From positions 1 through 64,000 of the forward strand of contig JAUCBJ010007809.1 in the NCBI GenBank assembly GCA_032718475.1: 64,000 nucleotides of DNA, written 5' to 3'. The notes under the pieces are model-generated. The model saw only the letters and a program-made list of their open reading frames with translations, made no database searches and was not told where the DNA came from. The stretch comes from Nemertoderma westbladi (Eukaryota; Animalia; Xenacoelomorpha). Positions 39,621 to 51,200 of the stretch are shown here, one piece after another. The position numbers and the translations under genes are program-made. The stretch's first letter is position 1. Each line of letters begins with the position of its first letter.

Positions 39621-40935
39621 TACTGCCACGAGTCAAGTCACAGGATGGGGGCGTGTCCACGGTTGCATAACCGATGTTTGAAGTGTAACTTTCGGGGGCA
39701 CTACGGACGCCAGTGCGACTGGATGGACGAAGAAGATAAGTTTAGGATCTTCGAGGAGTGGGCCGACGTCGGTGCCATGACACGGCAACGTAGGAAGGCC
39801 CAGGAGTTCCGGTGGGGTTTCAATATTAATCAGGAGGCCCACCTGGAGATTATTAAGCGAAGACTTCCATTTACCTATCAGGAGGTAGCAATGGCGGCGT
39901 CGTATGTTGGGGTGATAAATACGCAGAGGTATTTGGACAGGTGGACGTCACAGAACCGAGGGGAGTTCAGAGATTTCTTGGCGGAGCATGTGCCGCGGGC
40001 GATGAAAATGATCCTATGGGACACCACCAGGGGGAGACAACAGGGCCTCTCAGAGGGGCCACCCACGAAGCGATACCGGGAACTGATAACACCAGCTCCC
40101 AAGGAGTCGACGACCGGGATTAGTAAAGAGGTGACGGCGAAGTTCAGGAGCCTGAAAGCAGACAAGACCAAAGGAGCGGCAGCAGCCAGGAAACGACCAA
40201 TGGAGGAAGACGATAGAGGGAAAGAGTTAAGGTGGTTCCCAAAGGCGAGCGGAACGAACTAGAGAACTAGGGATGTGACATGCCTGGAAGGCACCACGCA
40301 AAACGTGCAAACTCCTAAGTACAAATTCAAGTAATCTAAATAATTGAAAAGTGCAATTAGTATGTACGTATGTAGCAATCATTATTAGTTTAGCAAGTAA
40401 ATACAATCGAAGTAAGTACTATAGCTGTATAACCTTTTTCTCAATTAGCTACTGGGACTGGGGACCAATAGACTATAATACTATCACGGACGAGACACTG
40501 GACGACATCACACTTCTTGAGTGCGACGGCACGGGAGGAGGGTGAAGCTCGTCAGGAGTGAGTGGCTGAGATAGGGGTTGAGTAACAGCGTAATGAGAGT
40601 GCGGGTGCAATTCAAGTGTGGGGGGGGGGGGAGGAATAAGAGGCTGAGTGAGGGACAGGGATGTCCGAAAGTTAGAGCGGAAGTGAGAAGAAGTAGAGGA
40701 GAGTCAGTGTGAGAACAGAGTGGAGTTGGAGTGGCGAAAGTGTTGGGGAAACAAAAGTCGTGTGAGAGGAGCGCGCGATCGGCCCGACACGGGACGTCAG
40801 GTAAACAGGGTAGCGATATCATACCCATAGGGGGGCGGCCTGGAAAGCCAGCTCCGGAAAAATAATTCCACCCCACACCCGATGTTAGATCGGGATCCAA
40901 CGGAATTGTAGCGCACTAGGGGGGGGGGGGGGGGG

Positions 40936-41485
40936 TGTTAGCGTATTCAATTCCGTTAACCAGGCCCACACAAAGTTGGTTTTTAGGCAATATTGGGAGC
41001 ACGAGGTTGGTTACCAATCAACCTCGTGCCACCCAATAAGCGGGGGCAATAGGCCCCAAAGGAGACACACACAAAGGGGGTCAGAGGTTATACCTCCAGG
41101 GGAGAGAGTGACAGTAGCGGGGGGAGAAGAGAGTAAAGGGCGACAACAGGGTTATTAGCCAATGGGGGGAAGGCATCGCCTGGGTAGTGCAATACGGCAA
41201 TATATTACCAGCTACCATGTTATCATTCAGTAGTTATCTCATTCTGTTAGTCGGTTAGTTAGGGCAGAGCCGTGACTCTAATACCGTCCACTGCTGCCAT
41301 CATTCACTTATATTTTATATCTCATTCAATACTGCAATAACTGTGTTTGTGCTTATCCTATTATATTTATACTGCTACAGCGTCAACAATATTAGAACTC
41401 TTAATCTCACACTTTTCACTCACACGGCGGGGACGAATAATTGGAACAACCGGATAAACCGGGATCCTCCGTGGATTCCGTCACA
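40936..41485 (+). repeat. Bel/Pao family B 3' LTR (subtype b)
   Basis: Follows a poly-G PPT; TG..CA; AATAA near 41336; near-identical to 61208-61768 in reverse complement. Confidence 0.92.
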
Positions 41486-42778
41486 AATACGATGAAACTA
41501 TAATAAATATTCTAGAACACCACAATATTAACAGGGAGATAGGCTACTTATCTCTCCACTCAGAAAGCCACAGAAAGGCGGTGTTCTGACACAATCAAAA
41601 TTCATCCATCTCCAGCGGAAAGACGTAGCAAATAACAGCTTATTACTTCTATAAATGTAAGTGTTACCTGTTCTTTTGACGTTCATTTAAGATTCTCTCT
41701 CTCGTGGAGTGGGATATAAGTTATAAATATGAAAATCGATATGGTTTTTGAAAAAAATCAGAGGATATTTTGATAAAATATTGCAGAAAAACACCAGTGA
41801 TTTTGATATGGCTTTAATACTTCATTATGTTCATGAAATAGCTGAGATATTTGAGGTGAATTATTGCATTACATAATAACTTTAGCTCCAGCCACTTTAG
41901 CAATACGATGAAACAATAACAAGTATTCTATAACACAACAATATTAATAGGGAGATAGGCTACTTATCTCTCCACTCATACAACCACAGATAGGGGGTGT
42001 TCTGACACAATCAAAATTCATTCATCTTCAGCGGAAAGACGTAGCAAATAACAGCTGACTACTTCTATAATTGTAAGTGTTACCTGTTCTTTTGACTTTC
42101 ATTTAATATTCTCTATCTCGTGGAGTAGGATAGAAGTTATAAATATGAAAATCGATATGGTTTTTGAAAAAAATCAGAGGATATTTTAATAAATTATTGC
42201 AGAAAAACACCAGTGATTTTGATATGGCTTTAATACTTCATTATGTTCATGAAATAGCTGAGATATTTGAGGTGAATATTGCATTAGTTAACTTCAGCTC
42301 CAGTCACTTTGGCAATACAATGAAACTGTAATAAATATTCTAGAACACAACAATATTAACAGGGAGATAGGCTACTTATCTCTCCACTCAGACAGCCACA
42401 GATAGGGGGTGTTCTCACACAATCAAAATTCAACCATCTCCAGCAGAAAGACGTAGCATATAACAGCTGATTACTGCTATAAATGTAAGTGTTACCTGTT
42501 CTTGTGACTTTCATTTAAGATTCTCTATCTCTTGGAGTGGGTTAGAAGTTATAAATATGAAAATCGATATGGTTATAGTAAAGAATCAGAGGATATTTTG
42601 AAAAATTATTGCAGAAAAATTCAAAGGATTTTGACATGGCTTTAATACTTCATTATGTTCATGAAATAGCTGAGAAATTTGAGGTGAATTATTGTATTAT
42701 GAGTTAAGTTCAGCTCCAGTCACTTTGGCAATACGATGAAACTATTATAAATATTCTAGAACACAACAATATTAACAC
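41486..42778 (+). repeat. Satellite array, orientation A (~3.1 monomers)
   Basis: Same monomer; ends at an inversion junction. Confidence 0.95.
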
Positions 42779-45044
42779 GTAACACTTACATTTATAGAAG
42801 TAATCAGCTGTTAATTGCTACGTCTTTCCGCTGGAGATGGATGAATTTTGATTGTGTCAGAACACCCCTTATCTATGGCTGTCTGAGTGGAGAGATAAGT
42901 AATACTTATTATTAAGTATCCTGTATCCGTGTTAATATTGTTGTGTTCTAGAATATTTATTATAGTTTCATCTTATTGCCAAAGTGACTGGAGCTGAAGT
43001 TAACTCATAATACAATAATTCACCTCAAATTTCTCAGCTATTTCATGAACATAATGAAGTATTAAAGCCATGTAAAAATCCTTGGTATTTTTCAGCAATA
43101 ATTTATCAAAATCTCCTCTGATTCTTTACTATAACCATATCGATTTTAATATTTATAACTTCTAACCCACTCCACATGATAGAGAATCTTAAATGAAAGT
43201 CAAAAGAACAGGTAACACTTAATTTATAGCAGTTATCAGCTGTTATATGCTATGTATTTCCGCTCGAGATGAAAGAATTTTGATTGTGTCAGAACAGCCC
43301 CTATCTGTGGTTGTATGAGTGGCGAGATAAGTATCCTATCTCCCTATTAATATTGTTGTGTTCTAGAATATTTTTTATAGTTTCATCGTATTGCCAAAGT
43401 GACTGGAGCTGAAGTTAACTCATAATACAATAATTCACCTCAAATATCTCAGCTATTTCATGAACATAATGAAGTATTAAAGCCATGTCAAAATCATTGG
43501 TGTTTTTATGTAATAATTTATCAAAATATCCTCTGATTTTTTTCAAAAACCATATCGATTTTCATATTTATAACTTCTATCCCACTCCACGAGATAGAGA
43601 ATCTTAAATGAACGTCAAAAGAACAGGTAACACTTACATTTATAGAAGTAATCAGCTGTTAATTGCTACGTCTTTCCGCTGGAGATGGATGAATTTTGAT
43701 TGTGTCAGAACACCCCTTATCTGTGGCTGTCTGAGTGGAGAGATAAGTATCCTGTTTCCGTGTTAATATTGTTGTGTTCTAGAATATTTATTATAGTTTC
43801 ATCTTATTGCCAAAGTGACTGGAGCTGAAGTTAACTCATAATACAATAATTCACCTCAAATTTCTCAGCTATTTCATGAACATAATAAAGTATTAAATCC
43901 ATGTCAAAATCCTTGGTATTTTTCTGCAATAATTTATCAAAATATTCTCTGATTTTTTTCAAAAACCATATCGATTTTCTTATTTATATCTTCTAACCCT
44001 CTCCACGAGATAGATAATCTTAAATGAAAGTCAAAAGAACAGGTAACACTTACATTTATAGAAGTAATCAGCTGTTCTTTGCTTCGTCTTTCCCCTGGAG
44101 ATGGATGAATTTTGATTGTGTCAGAACACCCCCTATCTGTGGCTGTATGAGTGGAGAGATAAGTAGCCTATCTCCCTATTAATATTGTTGTGTTCTAGAA
44201 TATTTGTTATAGTTTCATCGTATTGCCAAAGTGACTGGAGAGTTGAAGTTAACTCATAATACAATAATTCACCTCAAATATCTCAGCTATATATCTCAAA
44301 TATCTCAAATATCTCACTCCAAGAGATAGAGAATCTTAAATGAAAGTCACAAGAACAGGTAACACTTACATTTATAGCAGTAATCAGCTGTTATATGCTA
44401 CGTCTTTTTGCTGGAGATGGTTGAATTTTGATTGTGTCAGAACACCCCTTATCTGTGGCTGTCTGAGTGGAGAGATAAGTATCCTGTTTCCGTGTTAATA
44501 TTGTTGTGTTCTAGAATATTTATAATAGTTTCATCGTATTGCCAAAGTGACTGGAGCTGAACTTAACTCATAATACAATAATTCACCTCAAATTTCTCAG
44601 CTATTTCATGAACATAATGAAGTATTAAATCCATGTCAAAATCCTTGGTATTTTTCTGCAATAATTTATCAAAATATCCTCTGATTTTTTCAAAAACCAT
44701 ATCGATTTTCTTATTTATATCTTCTAACCCTCTCCACGAGATAGATAATCTTAAATGAAAGTCAAAAGAACAGGTAACACTTATATTTATAGAAGTAATC
44801 AGCTGTTCTTTGCTTCGTCTTTCCCCTGGAGATGGATGAATTTTGATTGTGTCAGAACACCCCCTATCTGTGGCTGTATGAGTGGAGAGATAAGTAGCCT
44901 ATCTCCCTATTAATATTGTTGTGTTCTAGAATATTTGTTATAGTTTCATCGTATTGCCAAAGTGACTGGAGAGTTGAAGTTAACTCAATAATACAATAAT
45001 TCACCTCAAATATCTCAGCTATATATCTCAAATATCTCAAATAT
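42779..45044 (-). repeat. Satellite array, orientation B, including a 732-bp higher-order duplication
   Basis: Variant TCTCAGCTATATATCTCAAATATCTCAAATAT at 44281 and 45013. Confidence 0.95.
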
Positions 45045-45589
45045 TGTGACGGGATCCAGATGGGATCCCGGTTTATCCGGTTTGTCAGTTCACGCGTCCC
45101 CGCCGTGTGTGAAGAGTAAAAGAGTTTCGGATGTTCGACGTGTATAATGTTTGGGTATATGGATGTAGATACGGTATAATGGTGGACAAAGTTATTGCAT
45201 ATGGAAGGTGGGAGACGGTAATTGAAATCCCGGTACTTCCCTAACTAAACTATTGTAAGCTACAGTAACACCAGTAACTAGCACTGAGATAACTGAACTG
45301 GTATGATTACAGGTTACTGGTTATATTGCACGGTGGCCTTATTGCTACTCAATCGATGCCTTTCCCCCCTCCTGATTGGTTGATACCCTTGTTGGCGCCT
45401 TTGGAGTGATCCCCTTCACTCCACCTGTTCTCTCTGGGTTAGGGGTTTGGCCCCTGACCCTCATTGTGTGGTTCACCTTCCCATTTTGTTGGGGTGACAC
45501 GAGTTGGTTATTACCCCAATCTCGTGGCCCCCAATATTGCTTATCGGCTTAACTTTTATGGGATGTTAGCGGGATTGAATAAGCTAACA
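45045..45589 (-). repeat. 3' LTR (subtype a)
   Basis: TGTT..CACA on the minus strand; direct repeat of 58770-59314. Confidence 0.97.
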
Positions 45590-46271
45590 CTCCCCCCCAT
45601 GCTATCTTCCCGGTAAGAAGATAGCATCAACCAAAAAGTGCGCTACAATCCCGCTGGATCCCGATCTAGCATCGGGTGTGGGGTGGAAATCTTTTCTCGG
45701 AGCCGGCTTTCCAGGCCGCTCCCTATGGGTATGATAACGCTACCCTGTATGCCTGGCGTCCCATGTCGGGCCGATCGCGCTCACCTCTCACGCAACTTTT
45801 GTTTCCCCAACACTTTCGCCCTATCTCTTCTCCACTCTCACCCTAACTCTCTCACACCCTCGGACCTTCTCGTCCCTCACTCAGCCTCTTATTCTCCCCC
45901 CCCCCACACTAGAATTGCGTCCGCACTCTTTCCGCACTTCGCACTATCACTCCGTCCCTCAACCCCACTTTGACTATCTCGTCCCTTCTGACGAATCTCA
46001 CCCTCCTTCCGTGCCGTCGCACTCAGGAAATGTGAAATCGTCTTATGTCTCGTCCATAGTCCCATAGTCAGTTGTCCTCCCAGTCCCAGTAGCTAATTGA
46101 GAAAGGTTGTATGACTATAGTACTTACTCCGATCGTATATATTTTATTGCTAAACTACTGATTACTACGTACGTACATATAATTGCACTTATTTGATTAT
46201 TTACATTAATTAAATTTGTACATAGTTCGCACGTCTCACGTGGCGCCTTCCAGGCGCACTACATCAAAGCC

Positions 46272-47316
46272 TCAGTCCATCCCTCCTTGGCGTCCGTGGT
46301 GTCCCCGAAAGTTGCACTTCGGACATCGGTTCTGCAACCGTGGACACGCTCCCATCCTGTGGCTCGACTCGCGGCAGTAGAGACAACTAGTCCCTTTCTG
46401 GAACCGGTACAAACAGCTCCTTTCCTGGTGGGTCTGTCTCCCACAGTAGCCGCAACCGAGTACCAATGTCTCCCGCCCCACGTCGTCTTTCATCCCAAGC
46501 GATCTCCGCAGTCTGTGGAGTTGCTGATAGGCGAACTTCTGGACGTTAGCGTCCCTGTCTACGTCGATCTCCTCGCCCCTCCCGGGCATCGTCTCTCCTA
46601 ATGCTACCCGTGGTGCCATCCCCGGTTGCTCGCCCAACCTGATAGTGCTCCCCGCGAAATCCATCGCCGGCTCCTCATGCACCCAGGTCCGCTTGCCGGA
46701 TCTGTTCCAGAAGGCCCTCGCCCCACTGGCCGTCACCACCCTTCCGCCAACCCTGTCCGTGTCTGAGTGGCCTATCCTCCCGATGGGCGGCATCTCTCCG
46801 AACTCGTCGTCGTCCTCCTCCTCCTCTGGCAGTGGCTTCAACCCCGGTATCCAGGTGGACCCACTATATCCCTTCCCGCCTTGGTTCTTGCCCGTAACTC
46901 TCCATACCTCAAGCTCCCCTAGCCCCCTTTGCGGTTGGTCGCCCTCGGCGCCCGCTGGTATGGGCATCACTTGCAATCCCGACGTCGACTGTTTCGGTGA
47001 TCCCACCGTCCACCCTAGTTCTTTCCCTAGAGACTCCCCCGAACTCCCTGACGAAGCCCAACGAAGTTCGTCTAAGGCTGCTTGTTCCTCGAAGCCGTAG
47101 CTCTGCGCCCTAGCTTCCTCCTCCCTCTCCTCTGCTTCTCTCCTCTCTCACAAGTTTGCCTGCCATCTCGAACTCTGCCCGGTCGCTCACCCGTAAGTGG
47201 TGCCTTGCCAAGGCGCAAACGTGATGAGTGATGGGTTTAGGTGGTTTAAGCTCAGTTCGATGGCCTATCTCTTTCTGAATTTCTGAGTTATTGCCTATTC
47301 TTACTACTGTTACCAT
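46272..47316 (-). pseudogene. Family B accessory ORF, internally deleted (acidic tract + 3 CCHC knuckles)
   Basis: PEEEEDDDEFGEMPP, CGYCGRQTHQERSC, CLYCRESSHRMGAC, CPKCNFRGHH; lacks the exonuclease and FEEW modules seen in other copies. Confidence 0.8.
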
Positions 47317-47589
47317 AATTTGTCCCCCTTCTTAGCCCTATTCTTATTCTAATTTTATTTTGATTTTGATTTCAATCCTACTACCTTATTGTTTCCTATT
47401 ACTTGCTACTGCCTATGGATTATTCTATCTCCTAATCCAACATTCTGGCCTACTCTGTGGGCCTGTGCAGTACAGCAGTATATGTCGCGCGGCCTACACG
47501 ATCTTTCCAACTGTACTCCTATGCCCCCCTCTTGCTACTAACTGCTAACTAATATCTATATTCTATATACCCTTCTACCTCTTACTCTT

Positions 47590-48155
47590 TCTCTAACTAA
47601 CGGTACTACGTACCTTCTAACTCTAACTCTTCTCTAACTAATGGTACTACGTACCCTCTAACTCTCTACCTAACGGTACTACGTACCCTCTAACTCTCAG
47701 CCTAACGGTACTACGTACCCTCTAACTCTACCTAACGGTACTACGTACCCTCTAACTCTAACTCTTCTCTAGCTAACGGTACTACGTACCCCCTAACTCT
47801 CTACCTGACGGTACTACGTACCCTCTAACTCTAACTCTTCTCTAACTAACGGTACTACGTACCCTCTAGCTCTCTAACTAACTAGTGGTACTACGTACCC
47901 TCTAACTCTCTAACTAACTAGTGGTACTACGTACCCACTAACTCTAACTCTTCTCTAACTAACGGTACTACGTACATTCTAACTCTCTACCTGACGGTAC
48001 TACGTACCTCCTAACTCTAACCTAACGGTACTACGTACCCTCTAACTCTCTAACTAACTAACTGACGGTACTACGTACCTCCTAACTAACTGACTCTAGG
48101 TACTACGTACCTCTTAACTAACTTCTGCCTACTAACTGCGTACCTACTATGTACT
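47590..48155. repeat. Minisatellite of ~15 GGTACTACGTAC(C) hairpin units with (CTAACT)n spacers
   Basis: Units recur every 30-45 bp; GGTAC-TAC-GTACC is self-complementary. Confidence 0.9.
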
Positions 48156-48262
48156 ATTTATATAATTTTATTTTATATTTTTTTGTGTGGGAAGGGCGTC
48201 TCGCCCTCAATCCCACCCCCCTCAGTCCAAAACTTGGACGATTAAACTCTTCTCTAACTCCA

Positions 48263-51200
48263 CTAAGGTGCCCATTCTAGCAGACAGCATTTCCCTACAG
48301 CTCTCCTGTAGGTTTTTCTGTCCTTCGCACCTATCTTACCACCTATCCGCACTTCTACCGATCGGACTCTTCCGTCCTCATCGGAGTAAGTGCCTACAAC
48401 TCTCGCCAACCGCCACTGGTTGTTGATGATAGTATCATCCGTGACGATTACGAGATCTCCCTCTCTTAACTCCCTGTTCGGTTTCCTCCACTTGCTTCTT
48501 TTATGGAGTGTGGGTAGGTATTCTTCTACCCACCTCCTCCAATACTCTGCGCTTATTGCTTTAGCGACTTTCCAACTCTGGCGGGAGTGTATATCATCTG
48601 GGTCTACACCCCGCATATCGATGGTCGTTGGCCTTTCCATCAGAAAATGGCTAGGCATCAGCACGCTCCGGGTATAGCGGTCTGCTATTAATGATCCCCT
48701 CGCACTTCGCAAGCACTGTCCGTAAGACGTCCTCAGTGACCATGTGGGTGTTCATTAGCTTCGTCATTAGACGCTTTGAACTTCCCACCAGTCTCTCGAC
48801 GCATCCTAGTGTATGTGGTGCATACGGCGTCCTTCTCTCCCACTTTACTTGTCGTCTTCTCATGGCCGCCCTGACTTCCTCCCCTTCCAAGATGTCCAAG
48901 GCCACGGCCATCTCATTCTCTGCGCCCACAAAGTTTGTGCCGTTGTCGCTGTATATCACTGCGATCGTCCCACCTTTGCGGTCTCTAAATCTTTCTAAGG
49001 CATTAATGAATGCTGATGCGGTTGCATCCTGGGCGAGTTCTATCCCTACTGCCCGCGTGTTGTTACATACGAAGATGATGCCGTAGCGTTTCTCCATGTG
49101 CCGCATCACCTTAATCTTTATCGGCCCGAACATGTCCACACCGCAATGCGTAAATGGCGGGTCGTGCTGTCTTACTCTACTAGCTGGTAGTGGCGCCATC
49201 TCTTGTATGGATCGCTCCTTCTTCGCTCGTCGGCACGTCTGGCACTGCCCCACCACCGCTTTTACCTTCTTCCTCAACTGTTTGACCCAAAAGGTCCTCC
49301 TTATCTCCGTGAGAGTTCTGTTGGTACCCCCGTGCAATATCGACTTGTGGGAGTACCAGATAATCTGGTGAACTATCGGCGATCCTGTGGGGATGATGAT
49401 GGGCTTCGGTGGTACAATTATGCTGTTGTTGTATCCCACCCTAGAATTCATCACTAGAATCCCGTCGTCATTAAGTTGTGGCGACAGCGCGATCAGCTCG
49501 CTGTCCCGTCGAAGGTGTTGTTGGTTACCGACGCGTTCAACCTCGTCGCCATAGTTCTTCCATTGTTCATAGCGGATGACTGCCTTGGCCGCTCCTTCCA
49601 GATCTATGTATGTATTGATCTTCTTGTCCTTGCCAACTCCCGCGAGGAAATTCCCGAAGGCTCTCCAATACGCCACTAGTTTCTTGGTCTTGTACCAACT
49701 AGAGCTGTAACTGAGGAGTTTATCCGTCGGGTTATCGCACAGCTCTTGGCGTGGTTGTACATCCCTAATCTCCCTCACCATCTGGGAGTATATCTCTTCT
49801 CCCTCTGAATCTCCTTCTTCTCCCTCTGACACTACTTCTGAGCCCGGATCCACCTTTCTCATCGGCGGCCAGGCCTCCTTATCACTCAGAAATTGTGGCC
49901 CATGTTGCCACAATTCTTCCTTCTTCAAGAAAGTGTGGCGTACCACGCCCCTCGACAACAAGTCCGCTGGGTTCTCGTCTGTTGGGCAATAGTGCCACCT
50001 TTCCAGTTCTGTGGTCGCCCTTATTTCGTCCACTCTATTTGCGACGAATATCGGGTATCTCGTCCTTTCGTTTTGTAGCCAACCAAGCACTACCATGGAA
50101 TCCGTCCAGTAGTGTGTCTCCACTATGTTGGGAATAGTATCCACTAGGTAGGCTGTGGCTCTAACTCCTAATCTCGCAGCTGTCAATTCTAACTTGGGAA
50201 CTGATGCTGAATCTGGTGGTGTCGACTTTGCTTTGCTAAAGGCTAGTCTGGGCTTTTGAGCCCCCTCTCGTTGTACTAAATAGAGTGCCGCTCCGTACGC
50301 CTCCAACGACGCATCGGAGAACATGTGTAGGTCCAGATTCGTCATATTCCCATCCGGGAAATACACTCGTGGCATGTTGTATGTTCCCATCTTCTCCAAG
50401 TCTCCTGTCCACTTACTCCACTGTTTCTTGATTTCCTCTGGTACCTCTACGTCCCACTCATCCTTCAATTTGTATACTCTCTTGAGTATCTGTTTCCCCG
50501 TGACTAATAATGGGGATGCTAGGCCTAGGGGATCGTATATCCTTGCTATATACGATACATAGCCCCTCTTCGTGTGGATGTCTGCGCCCTCCTGGCTCAG
50601 CTGATACTTCAGTTCGTCTGTCTCTCTGTTCCACACGATTCCCAATGCCTTCTGTTGAGATTCTGTTCTCTTGTTCGCCATGTCCTGCCCTTTGGCTGTT
50701 GTGGGATTATCCATGGTCGATTCTGGCCTCTTGTCCTCTATCGCCTTGATAAATTCTTCCGAACTGGATTGGAATTTGGTCAGGTTAAAGCCGGATCCTT
50801 TTAGGATGTCGCGAACCTCGCGCCCCGTGTCCAGTATCTCCTTAACCGTATTTCCAGACTCCATTCCATCGTCTACGTAGAAGCCGCGTCGAATCATATC
50901 GACGGCCCTACTGCTGTATCTATCTTCCTTCCCCTTCACTGTGTCTCTCACTGCCATAGTCGTCGTAAATGAAGACGACTTGGCCCCCATGTTTTGTACT
51001 ACCATCTTATATGCTGGTATTATCGACGGTTCTTCCTCGCCGTTATACCATAAGAAGCGTTGACTGTCGCTATCTTCCTCCGTTACACGGACTTGGTTGA
51101 ACATGCCTTCTATGTCACACGTGAAGGCGTGTTTCCCGTTTCTAAATCTAAGTAGGACCTCTATGCCCGAGTTGTATATGTTTGGGCCTTCTAACAGATA

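Larger units (their letters stand above)
36418..40262 (+). pseudogene. Family B accessory ORF remnant (CCHC knuckles + FEEW..QRR..WGF), split by a DNA transposon
   Basis: CDYCGRQTHQERSC..CL[insertion]YCHESSHRMGAC..CLKCNFRGHYGRQC..FRIFEEWADVGAMTRQRR..WGFN. Confidence 0.85.
31079..41485 (+). mobile_element. 5'-truncated, internally deleted Bel/Pao family B copy with 3' LTR
   Basis: Gag, protease (LVDSGA), RNase H (FSDAS, PKLEL) and integrase (CGVDMFGP, YSDSGNNF) fragments; RT core deleted at ~33815; poly-G PPT; LTR 40936-41485 (TGTT..CACA). Confidence 0.92.

Noticed and set aside
46272-47316. env gene in the post-pol position
   Set aside because: No signal peptide, transmembrane segment or fusion-protein features; it contains zinc knuckles instead.
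47590-48155. CRISPR-like array of palindromic repeats
   Set aside because: Spacers are short variants of one low-complexity motif rather than unique sequences; no cas genes; eukaryotic TE context.
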